This document shows, in pieces, positions 29,351 through 38,855 of a stretch of DNA of 64,000 nt. Made by a program: the position numbers and the translations under genes. Each line of letters opens with the position of its first letter. Position 1 is the stretch's first letter. Source of the DNA: Cyclobacteriaceae bacterium (GTDB lineage Bacteria; Bacteroidota; Bacteroidia; Cytophagales; Cyclobacteriaceae); the NCBI GenBank assembly GCA_040222235.1, contig JAVKDO010000066.1, forward strand, positions 13,545 to 77,544, given 5' to 3'. The notes under the pieces are model-generated. The model saw nothing but the letters and a program-made list of their open reading frames with translations. It did not search any database and was not told the DNA's origin.

Positions 29351-30549
29351 GATGGCATAACGTCTGTTATCCTGTCAAATATATCTTTCGCTACCTGAGT
29401 TTTGTGTTTTAGCTCAAACTCACGTCCATTATCATCAATGCCGAATATCGTGATTTTGTTTGTGTCGTGGGAAAAACCCGCACCTCCATCATTGAGTGAA
29501 TTGAGTACGATCAAGTCCAGGTTCTTTTTTTTCAGCTTTTGCTGTGCATTTGCACCTTCTTTTTCAGTTTCCAAGGCAAATCCGACTGTCAACTGATGCT
29601 CCTTTTTGAGCTTCCCCATTTCCAGAGCGATATCTTTATTCTTTACCAGTTTAAGTACTACTTGCTCATCATCCTTTTTGATCTTTTGCGGAGCGATGTT
29701 CTCTGGTCGATAGTCAGATACAGCCGCAGCAAAAATGGCTATGTCTGCATCAGGAAACTCGCTTTCAGTCGCCTGATACATTTCATCAGCCGTACGCACC
29801 TTCCACTCTGAGATGGAGGGATGCTTGGCACTTAACCCTGATGGGCCACTCACCATAGTTACCGAAGCGCCTCTCATGGCGGCCTCTTCTGCCAATGCAA
29901 GCCCCATCTTACCAGAAGAGTGGTTGCCAATGAACCTAACAGGATCGATGGATTCGTAGGTTGGTCCTGAGGTGATGAGTACTCTTTTGCCCTTTAGTGT
30001 ATTGGCTGAAGTGAAATGTCGCTCAATGATCTCAATAATTGCTTCAGGCTCAGCCATTCGACCCATTCCAACAAGTCCACTGGCCAGCTCACCGTTTTCT
30101 GGTTGGATGATCTGATTACCATATTCTCGGACAGTAGATAAGTTATTAGCCGTTGAAGGATGCTTATACATATCTAGATCCATGGCGGGTGCCAGCATCA
30201 CTGGGCATTTTGCCGATAGGTAAGTAGCGGCAAGGAGGTTATCACAATAGCCGTGTGCTAGCTTCGCCAAACTATTGGCACTAAGTGGGGCGATCACCAT
30301 CAAATCTGCCCAAAGACCAAGATCCACATGGTTGTTCCATTGGCCGCTTTCGTCCTTGACAAACTTAGAAAGTACAGGGTTTTTAGAAACAGTGGCCAAT
30401 GTGACAGGTGTCACGAACTCTTTAGAAGCGGATGTCTGAATGACTTTCACTTCTGCTCCTGCTTTGACGAGGAGCCTGACCAATAGAGGAGATTTGTATG
30501 CGGCTATACTGCCGCATACACCTAATAGGATTTTGCGTCCCTGAAGCAT
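29347..30549 (-). CDS. coaBC: Bifunctional phosphopantothenoylcysteine decarboxylase / phosphopantothenate-cysteine ligase
   Basis: 400 aa. N-terminal flavoprotein domain (ILLGVCGSIAAYK), C-terminal CoaB domain (ITSGPTYESIDPVRFIGNHSSGKMG). Confidence 0.95.
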   Translation of the reverse strand: MLQGRKILLGVCGSIAAYKSPLLVRLLVKAGAEVKVIQTSASKEFVTPVTLATVSKNPVLSKFVKDESGQWNNHVDLGLWADLMVIAPLSANSLAKLAHGYCDNLLAATYLSAKCPVMLAPAMDLDMYKHPSTANNLSTVREYGNQIIQPENGELASGLVGMGRMAEPEAIIEIIERHFTSANTLKGKRVLITSGPTYESIDPVRFIGNHSSGKMGLALAEEAAMRGASVTMVSGPSGLSAKHPSISEWKVRTADEMYQATESEFPDADIAIFAAAVSDYRPENIAPQKIKKDDEQVVLKLVKNKDIALEMGKLKKEHQLTVGFALETEKEGANAQQKLKKKNLDLIVLNSLNDGGAGFSHDTNKITIFGIDDNGREFELKHKTQVAKDIFDRITDVMPS

Positions 30550-30558
30550 GCAGGGAAA

Positions 30559-30876
30559 TTAGTTATTTTCTTCCTCTTCTTCTTGCTTGCGAATGTATAG
30601 TCTACCTTCAAGGAATTCGTCAGTTGCTACGCTGGATGACTTAGGCATACGCTCGTAGAACTTAGAGATCTCTATCTGCTCTCTATTTTCGAAGATTTCT
30701 TCTAGGTTGTCAACCGTCGAGGCAAACTCAGAAAGTTTGTTGCTCAACTCTTCTTTCTGTAATGCGGAAATCTGACGCGCTCTCTTGCCAATGACAACTA
30801 AGCTCTGGTATATATTTCCGGTAGGAGCCGCTAGCTTATCGTTATCTCGAGTAATTAATGCTGCTTGTGTAGCCAT
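30559..30876 (-). CDS. rpoZ: DNA-directed RNA polymerase subunit omega (Bacteroidota-type)
   Basis: 105 aa. PTGNIYQSLVVIGKRARQI...EEIFENREQIEISKFYERMPK matches the long Bacteroidota omega pattern. Conserved bamD-rpoZ-coaBC neighbourhood. Confidence 0.75.
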   Translation of the reverse strand: MATQAALITRDNDKLAAPTGNIYQSLVVIGKRARQISALQKEELSNKLSEFASTVDNLEEIFENREQIEISKFYERMPKSSSVATDEFLEGRLYIRKQEEEEENN

Positions 30877-30880
30877 AATT

Positions 30881-31699
30881 TTATAATGTATTGGATGTCA
30901 TTTTTTGTAAACGGTCGACGGAATCGTCGTACATATTCTCAGCCTGCTTCACGAATTCGCTAGAAGGATAAGTGTCGATCATATCTTGGTAATATTCTAT
31001 AGCCTTTTCAAAGCGTTCTTTTTGAACGAAGGCAATACTTTCACGAGCCAAAGAATACTCTGTCTGAAAGAGCAAAAAGGAAACCTCCTCTTGATATCTA
31101 GAATCAGGATAGTCTTTTTGGAAGTTTTCAAACGCCACTATTGCGGATTTATATCTTCTCAGCTTATAGTATTGATTGGCATTGTCAAAGGCCTTAGTCT
31201 CGAGCTTAAACTGCATCTCGTCAATGACCTCTGTTGCTTTTTCTGAGTATTCGCTGTAGGGGTATCTATTTATAAAAGTCTGAAGAGCCGCAACGGCTTG
31301 GTAGGTGCCGGTCTGGTCGAGGTTGTAATCAGAAGACTGAAGGTAAAGTGAATATCCGTGCATGTACAGTGCCTCCATAGCATACTCACTTCTATTATAG
31401 GTGTCGAAGAAGGTCTTGAAATGGTGTCCGCTCAATACATACTGTCTTTGGTAGTAGTACGCATATGCAAAATAGAAATTGGCCAATTCAGCCTGCTCAG
31501 TACCCCGAATGATAGGCAGAATATCTTCAAACAACACACTAGCCTTGTAATAGTCCTCTTCCTCGTAGTATTTCAGTGCTGCATCATACTTCTCTTTCCA
31601 GTCTCCATTTTTTTGGATTTGTCTGAATTCTGAGCAAGATGAGATGAAAACTACAAGCAGTATTAAGAGAAATGGGCTTGTAAAGCTTGTTTTTGACAT
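30881..31699 (-). CDS. bamD: Outer membrane protein assembly factor BamD
   Basis: 272 aa. Lipoprotein signal (VFISSCS), TPR-like repeats (YYEEEDYYKA..., YYKLRRYKSAI...). Confidence 0.85.
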   Translation of the reverse strand: MSKTSFTSPFLLILLVVFISSCSEFRQIQKNGDWKEKYDAALKYYEEEDYYKASVLFEDILPIIRGTEQAELANFYFAYAYYYQRQYVLSGHHFKTFFDTYNRSEYAMEALYMHGYSLYLQSSDYNLDQTGTYQAVAALQTFINRYPYSEYSEKATEVIDEMQFKLETKAFDNANQYYKLRRYKSAIVAFENFQKDYPDSRYQEEVSFLLFQTEYSLARESIAFVQKERFEKAIEYYQDMIDTYPSSEFVKQAENMYDDSVDRLQKMTSNTL

Positions 31700-31706
31700 A
31701 AGCGTG

Positions 31707-31714
31707 CAAAGATA
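31707..31714 (-). promoter_or_regulatory. Candidate -7 promoter box (TAnnTTTG) abutting the bamD start codon
   Basis: The minus strand reads TATCTTTG, only 7 nt upstream of the ATG at 31699. Confidence 0.35.
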
Positions 31715-31845
31715 GTGGTATCACGGATAATTAACAATGCAGAAAACGATGACCTCTACATTGATAGATGATTAAGGATAGGGACTCCAATGAGTACCTG
31801 CTAATAACGATCAAGATTTAAATTACAAATGCAGGTTAACAGCAC

Positions 31846-33477
31846 TCAGTTGCCTCCTACTTTGACTTCCTCGCCCGTAGCAGGTGGTTTTTTCTTTTTC
31901 TGGAGTTGCGGTCGGATAGAGGGATCAACTTCTTTCAACTGAATAGGTGGCTTCTTAACGTAATCCTCTGGTTTTAGATAGTAAGCCACATCGTAAAGCT
32001 CTGGCCTTTCTCCTTCACGCCAGCTAAACCCGTCAAGTCTTGTGTCCTCAGACTTAATTTCATGGGGGGGTATCAAGCGTGCCTCAGGATCTTTAAAAAA
32101 TGTGATATTGCTCAATTCGTTCTCCGCTCCGAAGCGGATTTTCATATCACTACAGATCATTTTATTTAGACCCATTAATATGGAATCTCCCTCATCAAGC
32201 AAATAGTAGATACTTTCTCCATTACCGGTCACGTCGATATTGTCGATTCGCGACGAATCGAATCTTGCGATCATGTTTCGACCTTTGATCTGATTAAACT
32301 GCTTCATTGAGTCCTCTGATACAATGAAGGAGTTTTTGCGCAGAAGCATCCGATCAATGAGATTGTTAACTAGCTGGATGCCAATAGAGTCTGCCGTGAT
32401 CTGACTATAGTTCGCCCATAGCACGGGATCGTCGTACAGTTGAATGCTTGAGTCAGCTAAGAAATAGGCAATGGAGTCAGCCCTACCTTGTAGATCAGAC
32501 TTGAATATCTTCACATTATGATAGGCAAGAATTCGCTTTTCCTCACGCACCGGACTTTCTATAGCATAGAGCGTGTCAGCAGATAAGTAGAAAGTATCCT
32601 GTTGCATCATCTTCTTCATCACAGGATTACCGTAGATTTTGCTAATGCCCTGAGCCTTGAAGTAAAGTCCCTCGTCACCTATGATGATTACATCTCTGGC
32701 TTTTGCTGTCAAGTGCACATTGCCCTTGGCTGTATAGTACTGCTCCAGGTCATTGAGAAATAGCTCATCTCCCTCAAGTATATAGTCTTGTGTCTCCACT
32801 TCACCAGAAATGAATTCCGTAATCTTACTTTCTGTGAGATACTCTCCTCCTAGAGCATCCAGTTTCACCCCATCAGGCGTGATGATTTCCGTTGGGCCTG
32901 GTGTGACCGCCACTTTGGTCGCGGTGTTATAGTTGAGTGTATCGGACTTGAGTGTATACTCAGGCGATATCAATACCACATCTCTCCGAAACACTGCATA
33001 CTCCTGTCGGGAGTAATATATACCGACTACACTTGTCAAAGTATTGGTTGCATCAACAAGCTTTCCACCATTGAAGAATTCACCAACTTTGGTTTCGAGA
33101 TTGTAGTTGAGAAAGTCAGTATAGAGTGTCTGGTGGCCGTTGTTATACACTACATCTTCGCGTAACAGTGCTTTTCTGTTTTCCCCGTCATAGGTCAGCT
33201 TGCGAGAAGTGATGACCACCGTGTCATCCACGATCCTTACCTTTCCAAACGCCTCCATTAGATTTTCTTTTGGATAGAAATAGGAAGAGTCACAATAGAT
33301 AGTGGTCGTTTTCTGAGTAAAAACTACATTGTCTGTCAGCTTCCGCATCGCCTTACCATCGACCTTCATAAACTCCAGCTTATCAGCTCGATACTTGAGT
33401 TTTTTGTTGCGCTGGGCATGACCTGAAAAAGCCATGGTGATGAATAATAGCATGAATAGCAGGATGAAACCCCTCAT
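31846..33477 (-). CDS. OstA-like (LptD N-terminal-like) beta-jellyroll repeat protein, secreted
   Basis: 543 aa with a signal peptide. Repeated motifs of the type 'adsl.y....a.l.gnV.i' are typical of OstA/LptA-fold proteins. Lys-rich tail. Confidence 0.6.
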   Translation of the reverse strand: MRGFILLFMLLFITMAFSGHAQRNKKLKYRADKLEFMKVDGKAMRKLTDNVVFTQKTTTIYCDSSYFYPKENLMEAFGKVRIVDDTVVITSRKLTYDGENRKALLREDVVYNNGHQTLYTDFLNYNLETKVGEFFNGGKLVDATNTLTSVVGIYYSRQEYAVFRRDVVLISPEYTLKSDTLNYNTATKVAVTPGPTEIITPDGVKLDALGGEYLTESKITEFISGEVETQDYILEGDELFLNDLEQYYTAKGNVHLTAKARDVIIIGDEGLYFKAQGISKIYGNPVMKKMMQQDTFYLSADTLYAIESPVREEKRILAYHNVKIFKSDLQGRADSIAYFLADSSIQLYDDPVLWANYSQITADSIGIQLVNNLIDRMLLRKNSFIVSEDSMKQFNQIKGRNMIARFDSSRIDNIDVTGNGESIYYLLDEGDSILMGLNKMICSDMKIRFGAENELSNITFFKDPEARLIPPHEIKSEDTRLDGFSWREGERPELYDVAYYLKPEDYVKKPPIQLKEVDPSIRPQLQKKKKPPATGEEVKVGGN

Positions 33478-33482
33478 ACAGG

Positions 33483-33490
33483 CAAAAGTA
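33483..33490 (-). promoter_or_regulatory. Candidate -7 promoter box (TAnnTTTG) abutting the OstA-like gene start codon
   Basis: The minus strand reads TACTTTTG, only 5 nt upstream of the ATG at 33477. Confidence 0.35.
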
Positions 33491-33598
33491 GCTTAGTTCG
33501 GAGCATTAACGAAATAGATTAGGACGTGGTACACTACTTCTCGGGCATTTGTTTCACCATGTTCTTATCAGAAAAATGGAATGAGGTAATTTAGCGTT

Positions 33599-34936
33599 AT
33601 GTCTGTCCATCATTCATTCTCAGACCGCTTTGTCAGCTTCCTATCGGAATTGATAGGTGACGGTTCAGGTACGCAGTTTCTCTTGGCTGTGAGTGGAGGT
33701 ATCGATAGTATGGTTATGCTTCAGCTATTTCACGAAGCACGGCTATCGTTTGAAGTAGCCCATTGCAACTTCGGACTAAGAGGTGAAGCATCTGACGGAG
33801 ATGAGACGTTTGTGAAGGAGGCTACTGCTCTGCTTGGAGTGAATTTCCATTCAAAAAGATTTACGACAGCCAGTATGGCAAAAGAAAGAGGCATCTCCAC
33901 ACAGATGGCCGCACGCGATCTCAGATACACGTGGTTTGAAGAGCTTATGGCTCAAGGTAATTTCGACTTCCTATGTACAGCTCACCATAGAGGTGATCAT
34001 GCAGAGACGATACTGTTCAATTTGGTGAAAGGAACAGGAATTGCCGGACTACACGGCATTCGTGCTATAAGGGATCAGCTTCTTCGACCACTAATGGCCT
34101 TTAACAGAGATGAAATAGAAGTCTTTGCAGGGCAGCAAGATGTTCAATGGAGAGAGGATGCGTCGAACGAATCTAACAAATACAGTAGAAACTTGATCCG
34201 AAATGAGGTCATGCCGCTGCTTAAGCAAATCAATCCATTAGTCGAGCAATCCGTTTGGCAATCCTCACAGAGGATCGCTAAGGTGGAGTCTTGGCTAGCG
34301 GATGAAGTAGCTCAATGGAAAGAGAAGCTGCTCAATCAAGAAGCAGAAGTGGTATTTATTGCTACTCCGCTGTTGAATGCTCACCCGCACAGAACATTGA
34401 TCCTTTCTGAACTCATTCGACCGTTTGGGTTCAGCTATGCGGAGATAGATGATATTGTCGATAAAAAGAAGGAGAGATCCGGACGGCAGTTTAGTACTTC
34501 AGAATATGACCTGGTTTGGGACAGAGATCAAATGGTCATCACTTCAAAGAGAGAAGAGGCGGAGGATGCCATTATCATTACAGGCCCAGGCAAGTACAGC
34601 TTCTTAGGTGTCAATTACAAAGTAGAGATTGTCAAAAAGACAGATTGGCAGCTCCAGCGCACCAACGACATCCTCCAAGCAGATGCTGACAAAATCGAAT
34701 GGCCAATGACCTTGCGAACTTGGCGAAAAGGAGATAGTATTCAGCCACTGGGAATGAAAGGTAGAAAGAAGGTTAGTGATCTAATGATTGATGAGAAGGT
34801 GCCACTTAATCTGAAGTCGAGACAGCCTGTGCTAGAGGATAAAGCTGATATTATCTGGTTGCCTGGACTGAGGGTGAGTGAATCAGTAAAGGTGAGCGAG
34901 ACGACCCAATCGATTATGATCTTGTCCAAGACATAA
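33599..34936 (+). CDS. tilS: tRNA(Ile)-lysidine synthetase
   Basis: 445 aa. PP-loop LLAVSGGIDSMVM and TilS layout (HHRGDHAETILFNLVKG). Confidence 0.9.
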   Translation: MSVHHSFSDRFVSFLSELIGDGSGTQFLLAVSGGIDSMVMLQLFHEARLSFEVAHCNFGLRGEASDGDETFVKEATALLGVNFHSKRFTTASMAKERGISTQMAARDLRYTWFEELMAQGNFDFLCTAHHRGDHAETILFNLVKGTGIAGLHGIRAIRDQLLRPLMAFNRDEIEVFAGQQDVQWREDASNESNKYSRNLIRNEVMPLLKQINPLVEQSVWQSSQRIAKVESWLADEVAQWKEKLLNQEAEVVFIATPLLNAHPHRTLILSELIRPFGFSYAEIDDIVDKKKERSGRQFSTSEYDLVWDRDQMVITSKREEAEDAIIITGPGKYSFLGVNYKVEIVKKTDWQLQRTNDILQADADKIEWPMTLRTWRKGDSIQPLGMKGRKKVSDLMIDEKVPLNLKSRQPVLEDKADIIWLPGLRVSESVKVSETTQSIMILSKT

Positions 34937-35092
34937 AACTTCCACATCCATCATGTGATTTTCGGTAGGAGTAGTACATCATCCACCTGAAAGTCTTTGC
35001 TCACAATGCCATTATTCTGATAAGTGATCAATATCAGAATTCATGCTGGTGTATTACAATGGCCAATGAATTTTTATTCGACGATCCTTTAT

Positions 35093-35100
35093 TAGCTTTG
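35093..35100 (+). promoter_or_regulatory. Candidate -7 promoter box (TAnnTTTG) for mdh
   Basis: TAGCTTTG, 45 nt upstream of the mdh ATG (35146). Confidence 0.35.
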
Positions 35101-35145
35101 TTAGACAAGACAAAGCATATTTCAATTCACTAAACCAATAGTATA

Positions 35146-36084
35146 ATGAAAGTAACAGTCGTTGGAGCAGGAGCGGTAGGAGCCACCTGCGCTGAGAATA
35201 TTGCCAGAAAAGAACTTGCCGAAGAGGTAGTGCTACTGGACATCAAAGAAGGACTAGCCGAAGGTAAGGCCATGGATATGATGCAGTGCGCGACTTTGAA
35301 CGGTTTCAATTCCAAAGTCATCGGATCAACTAATGATTACGCTGCTACTGCTGACTCTAGCGTGGTGGTAATCACCTCGGGTATCCCAAGAAAGCCTGGC
35401 ATGACTAGGGAAGACCTGATTGGCACCAATGCTGGTATCGTAAAGTCTGTTACTGACAATATTCTGAAGCATTCACCCAATACCATTCTCATCGTGATCA
35501 GTAATCCTATGGATACGATGACATATTTGTCTGCCAAGGCAAGCGGTCTTCCTAAGGAGCGGGTGATCGGTATGGGTGGTATTCTTGACAGCAGCCGCTT
35601 CAAGTTTCGCTTGAGTGAGGCGATTGGTTGCAGCCCATTGGACCTTCAAGGTGTGGTCATAGGTGGACACGGTGATACTACCATGATACCATTGGCCAGA
35701 CATGCTACATATAACAGCTCACCAGTTTCTAACTTCCTATCAGAAGACAGGCTCAATCAGGTAGTGCAGGACACCATGGTCGGTGGAGCTACATTGACCA
35801 AATTGATTGGTACTTCTGCTTGGTACGCTCCCGGAGCTGCTGGCGCATTCTTGGTAGAGAGCATCGTTAGGGATCAGAAGAAATTATTCCCTTGCTGCGT
35901 ATATCTGGATGGTGAGTATGGCCAGTCAGATATTTGTATTGGGGTACCCGTAGTGGTAGGCAAGAATGGCTGGGAGAAGATCGTTGACTTTACACTTAGC
36001 GATGAAGAGCAAACGAAATTCAACGCTAGTGCTGATGCTGTTCGAAACATGAACGCGGTACTCTCTGAGATGAAACTTGTGTAG
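35146..36084 (+). CDS. mdh: Malate dehydrogenase (LDH-like MDH family)
   Basis: 312 aa. MKVTVVGAGAVGATCA Rossmann motif, ITSGIPRKPGMTREDL substrate loop, GGHGDTMIP. Confidence 0.95.
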   Translation: MKVTVVGAGAVGATCAENIARKELAEEVVLLDIKEGLAEGKAMDMMQCATLNGFNSKVIGSTNDYAATADSSVVVITSGIPRKPGMTREDLIGTNAGIVKSVTDNILKHSPNTILIVISNPMDTMTYLSAKASGLPKERVIGMGGILDSSRFKFRLSEAIGCSPLDLQGVVIGGHGDTTMIPLARHATYNSSPVSNFLSEDRLNQVVQDTMVGGATLTKLIGTSAWYAPGAAGAFLVESIVRDQKKLFPCCVYLDGEYGQSDICIGVPVVVGKNGWEKIVDFTLSDEEQTKFNASADAVRNMNAVLSEMKLV

Positions 36085-36101
36085 TCGAAATCGATTGCAT
36101 T

Positions 36102-36130
36102 AAAAAAAGCCGCACTTCGCGGCTTTTTTT
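36102..36130. terminator. Rho-independent terminator after mdh (A-run/hairpin/T-run, potentially bidirectional)
   Basis: aaaaaaa-GCCGC-acttc-GCGGC-ttttttt, 17 nt after the mdh stop. Confidence 0.75.
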
Positions 36131-36279
36131 ATGCCCATTCGGAAATGCATTCTGTCGGCTTTCGCTAAATTTTGATTTAATTAGGTTGCTAGTAGACTCC
36201 TATTGGAAATTTTTTAACGTTTCCGCTTTGTTTTTAAGAGTTGACTAAGCGAAAGAGATTAACCACTAAAACCAACACT

Positions 36280-37512
36280 ATGCAAGGTAACGGCACCAAT
36301 GTCAAGCTGAGCTTGATGATGTTTCTTCAATTTTTTATCTGGGGTGGCTGGTTCGTGACCCTGGGCACCTTTCTTGGCAACAACCTCGGTGCTACAGATG
36401 GCCAGATCGGCATGGCATTTTCCACTCAGTCCTGGGGAGCGATTGTAGCACCTTTCATAGTAGGTATGATTGCCGATCGCTTTTTCAACGCAGAGCGTAT
36501 TCTCGGTGTGATTCACCTCCTCGGCGCAGGTATGATGTACATGATGGCCAGTGCCACTGACTTTAGTGGCTTTTACCCTTATGTGCTTGGGTACATGATC
36601 ATCTACATGCCCACGTTGGCACTGGTTAATTCTGTGGCATTTCGCCAAATGGATGACCCCTCTAAAGACTTTTCAAAGATCCGTGTTTGGGGTACCATCG
36701 GTTGGATAGCCGCTGGTCTGGTCATCAGTTTTGTATTCAGTTGGGACTCTGCCGAAGCGATTGCTGCTGGTGCATTGGAGAACACCTTCTTGATGGTGGC
36801 CATTGCATCAGCCATTATGGGGCTCTACAGTTTCACATTGCCTAAGACTCCTCCAGTTGTGTCCAAGGATGAGAAAGTATCTATTGGCGATATTATTGGA
36901 TTGGATGCGCTCAAGCTGCTTAAGGACAGAAATTTCCTAGTTTTCTTCTTGTCTTCTGTGTTGATCTGTATTCCACTCGCCTTCTATTATCAGAATACTA
37001 ATCTTTTTCTCACAGAAGTAGGAGTGGCTAACCCTACCGGGAAAATGACTATCGGACAAATGTCGGAAGTGTTGTTTATGCTGCTGTTGCCTTTATTCCT
37101 AAAGCGATTTGGCATTAAGATGACGCTGCTGATGGGTATGCTGGCTTGGGCAGTCAGGTATCTATTGTTTGCCTACGGTGATGGTGATTCATTGGTGGTG
37201 ATGTTGATCACTGGTATTGCATTGCACGGTATCTGCTATGATTTCTTCTTTGTGTCAGGACAAATATATACCGACTCTAAAGCAGGGGAGAAATACAAGA
37301 GTGCTGCACAAGGATTGATCACGCTCGCCACTTATGGCGTGGGTATGTTGATTGGCTTCTGGGCTGCTGGTCAGATATCAGAGATGTATACCATTTCAGG
37401 AGGCCATGACTGGTCTGCCATCTGGATTATCCCAGCAGGATTCTCTGCGGCAGTATTAGTCATCTTCCTGCTGGCATTCAAAAACGAAGAAATAACCTAC
37501 GACAAAGCATAA
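36280..37512 (+). CDS. NupG/XapB-like nucleoside:H+ symporter family MFS permease
   Basis: About 410 aa counted from the ATG at 36280 (MQGNG...); the ORF track begins at an upstream TTG at 36241. VKLSLMMFLQFFIWGGWFVTLG...GMIADRF...YMPTLALVNSVAF closely parallels the E. coli NupG N-terminal half. 12 TM helices. Confidence 0.75.
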   Translation: MQGNGTNVKLSLMMFLQFFIWGGWFVTLGTFLGNNLGATDGQIGMAFSTQSWGAIVAPFIVGMIADRFFNAERILGVIHLLGAGMMYMMASATDFSGFYPYVLGYMIIYMPTLALVNSVAFRQMDDPSKDFSKIRVWGTIGWIAAGLVISFVFSWDSAEAIAAGALENTFLMVAIASAIMGLYSFTLPKTPPVVSKDEKVSIGDIIGLDALKLLKDRNFLVFFLSSVLICIPLAFYYQNTNLFLTEVGVANPTGKMTIGQMSEVLFMLLLPLFLKRFGIKMTLLMGMLAWAVRYLLFAYGDGDSLVVMLITGIALHGICYDFFFVSGQIYTDSKAGEKYKSAAQGLITLATYGVGMLIGFWAAGQISEMYTISGGHDWSAIWIIPAGFSAAVLVIFLLAFKNEEITYDKA

Positions 37513-37513
37513 C

Positions 37514-38647
37514 ATGGGAAATAAAATAAGACTCGGCATGATCGGCGGAGGAGCCGATTCACTGATTGGTGTGGTGCATCGTATCGCAGCAAGTATGAAA
37601 GATGAGTATGCACTATATGGCGGTGCTTTTAGTGTTGATTTTGAGGATACTAAGAAGCTAGCTGACAAGCTGGACCTTGATCATAATCGTGTCTATCCAT
37701 CATTTGAGGAATTCATCGCTGGCGAGATGAAGCTTCCAGTGGATGAGCGCATTCAGGTGGTGACAGTAGCCACACCCAATTTTCTGCATTACAGTATGAG
37801 TAAACAACTCATTGAAAACGGCTTCCATGTCATTTGTGAAAAACCGATCACAATCACCGCTGCTGAAGCAGAGGAGTTAGCACGATTGGTAGATAATCAT
37901 AAGGTGCATTTCTGCCTTACACATACTTACACTGGTTATCCCATGGTACGTGAGATGAAGAGCCTGATTAAGGCCGGGGTGATCGGTAGAGTTCAAAAAG
38001 TAGATGCTCAGTATTATCAAGGATGGATCAATCCTGTCATTCATGATGCCGAGAAGCGAAAGAATGTCTGGCGACTTGACCCTGCCAGGTCAGGTCAAAG
38101 CTGTTGCTTCGGAGATATTGGGGTACATGCTTTTAACCTAATAGAATACACAACCGGCCTTGAAGTAGAAAAGGTGCTTGCTGACCTTGAGTACCTCTAT
38201 GAAGACAACCCCTTGGATATCGATGGTACAGCACTCCTCAAACTTAACAATGGTTGCAAGGGCATTGTACGTGCGAGCCAGATTGCAACTACAGAGGAGA
38301 ATAATATTCAGATAGCCGTATATGGCGAGAAGGGTGCGTTGAAGTGGAAGCAGGAAAACCCCAATTACTTATATCATCATACTGAGGGAGAGTCTATGCG
38401 AGTGATCAAGCCGGGTTACGATTTCTTATCAGAATTTGCCCAGGAAAGCACCAAGCTGCCTCCAGGACATCCGGAGGGACTCTTTGATGCGATGGGCAAT
38501 ATCTACGATGGTATGGCCAAGGCTATCCGCAACAAAGATTTTAGGGAAGGTGCATTCCCCAATGTAAAAGATGGCGTGCGTGGAATGAAGTTCATCGAGG
38601 CTGTACTTGAGTCGCATAAGTCAGATCAGACTTGGGTGGCATTTTAA
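37514..38647 (+). CDS. Gfo/Idh/MocA-family NAD(P)-dependent oxidoreductase
   Basis: 377 aa. IRLGMIGGGADSLIG Rossmann start, EKPIT motif (VICEKPITITAAEAEEL), C-terminal dimerisation domain. Separated by 1 nt from the permease gene. Confidence 0.85.
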   Translation: MGNKIRLGMIGGGADSLIGVVHRIAASMKDEYALYGGAFSVDFEDTKKLADKLDLDHNRVYPSFEEFIAGEMKLPVDERIQVVTVATPNFLHYSMSKQLIENGFHVICEKPITITAAEAEELARLVDNHKVHFCLTHTYTGYPMVREMKSLIKAGVIGRVQKVDAQYYQGWINPVIHDAEKRKNVWRLDPARSGQSCCFGDIGVHAFNLIEYTTGLEVEKVLADLEYLYEDNPLDIDGTALLKLNNGCKGIVRASQIATTEENNIQIAVYGEKGALKWKQENPNYLYHHTEGESMRVIKPGYDFLSEFAQESTKLPPGHPEGLFDAMGNIYDGMAKAIRNKDFREGAFPNVKDGVRGMKFIEAVLESHKSDQTWVAF

Positions 38648-38855
38648 TAGAATGCGTTGAATAAAACTAGACGCGCTTTCCAAGGTCTGTGGCACAAAGA
38701 CCTTACACGCTGAGGGTAGGGAATAGACGGTCTGTGTGCCACAGACCAAGGTGGAGGTTTGGCTTCCATTTCGGCTAAATGGAATACATTCCGCTCGTCA
38801 TGCCAACCTGGAAGGACGGTTAGATGGGTGTTTTACAAGAAATGAAAAGAAACGT

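Noticed and set aside
35015-35039. 8-bp stem hairpin (ttctgata...tatcagaa) between tilS and mdh.
   Set aside because: It is an AT-rich short stem without a following T-run and without a repeated occurrence. It could be a weak tilS terminator or operator, but the evidence is too thin to call.
38736-38855. 40-codon N-terminal extension of the TIM-barrel ORF as given in the ORF track.
   Set aside because: It starts at a GTG embedded in an 8-bp intergenic hairpin. The extension (MPQTKVEVWLPFRLNG...) is not family-like. The family-typical N-terminus begins at the ATG at 38856.
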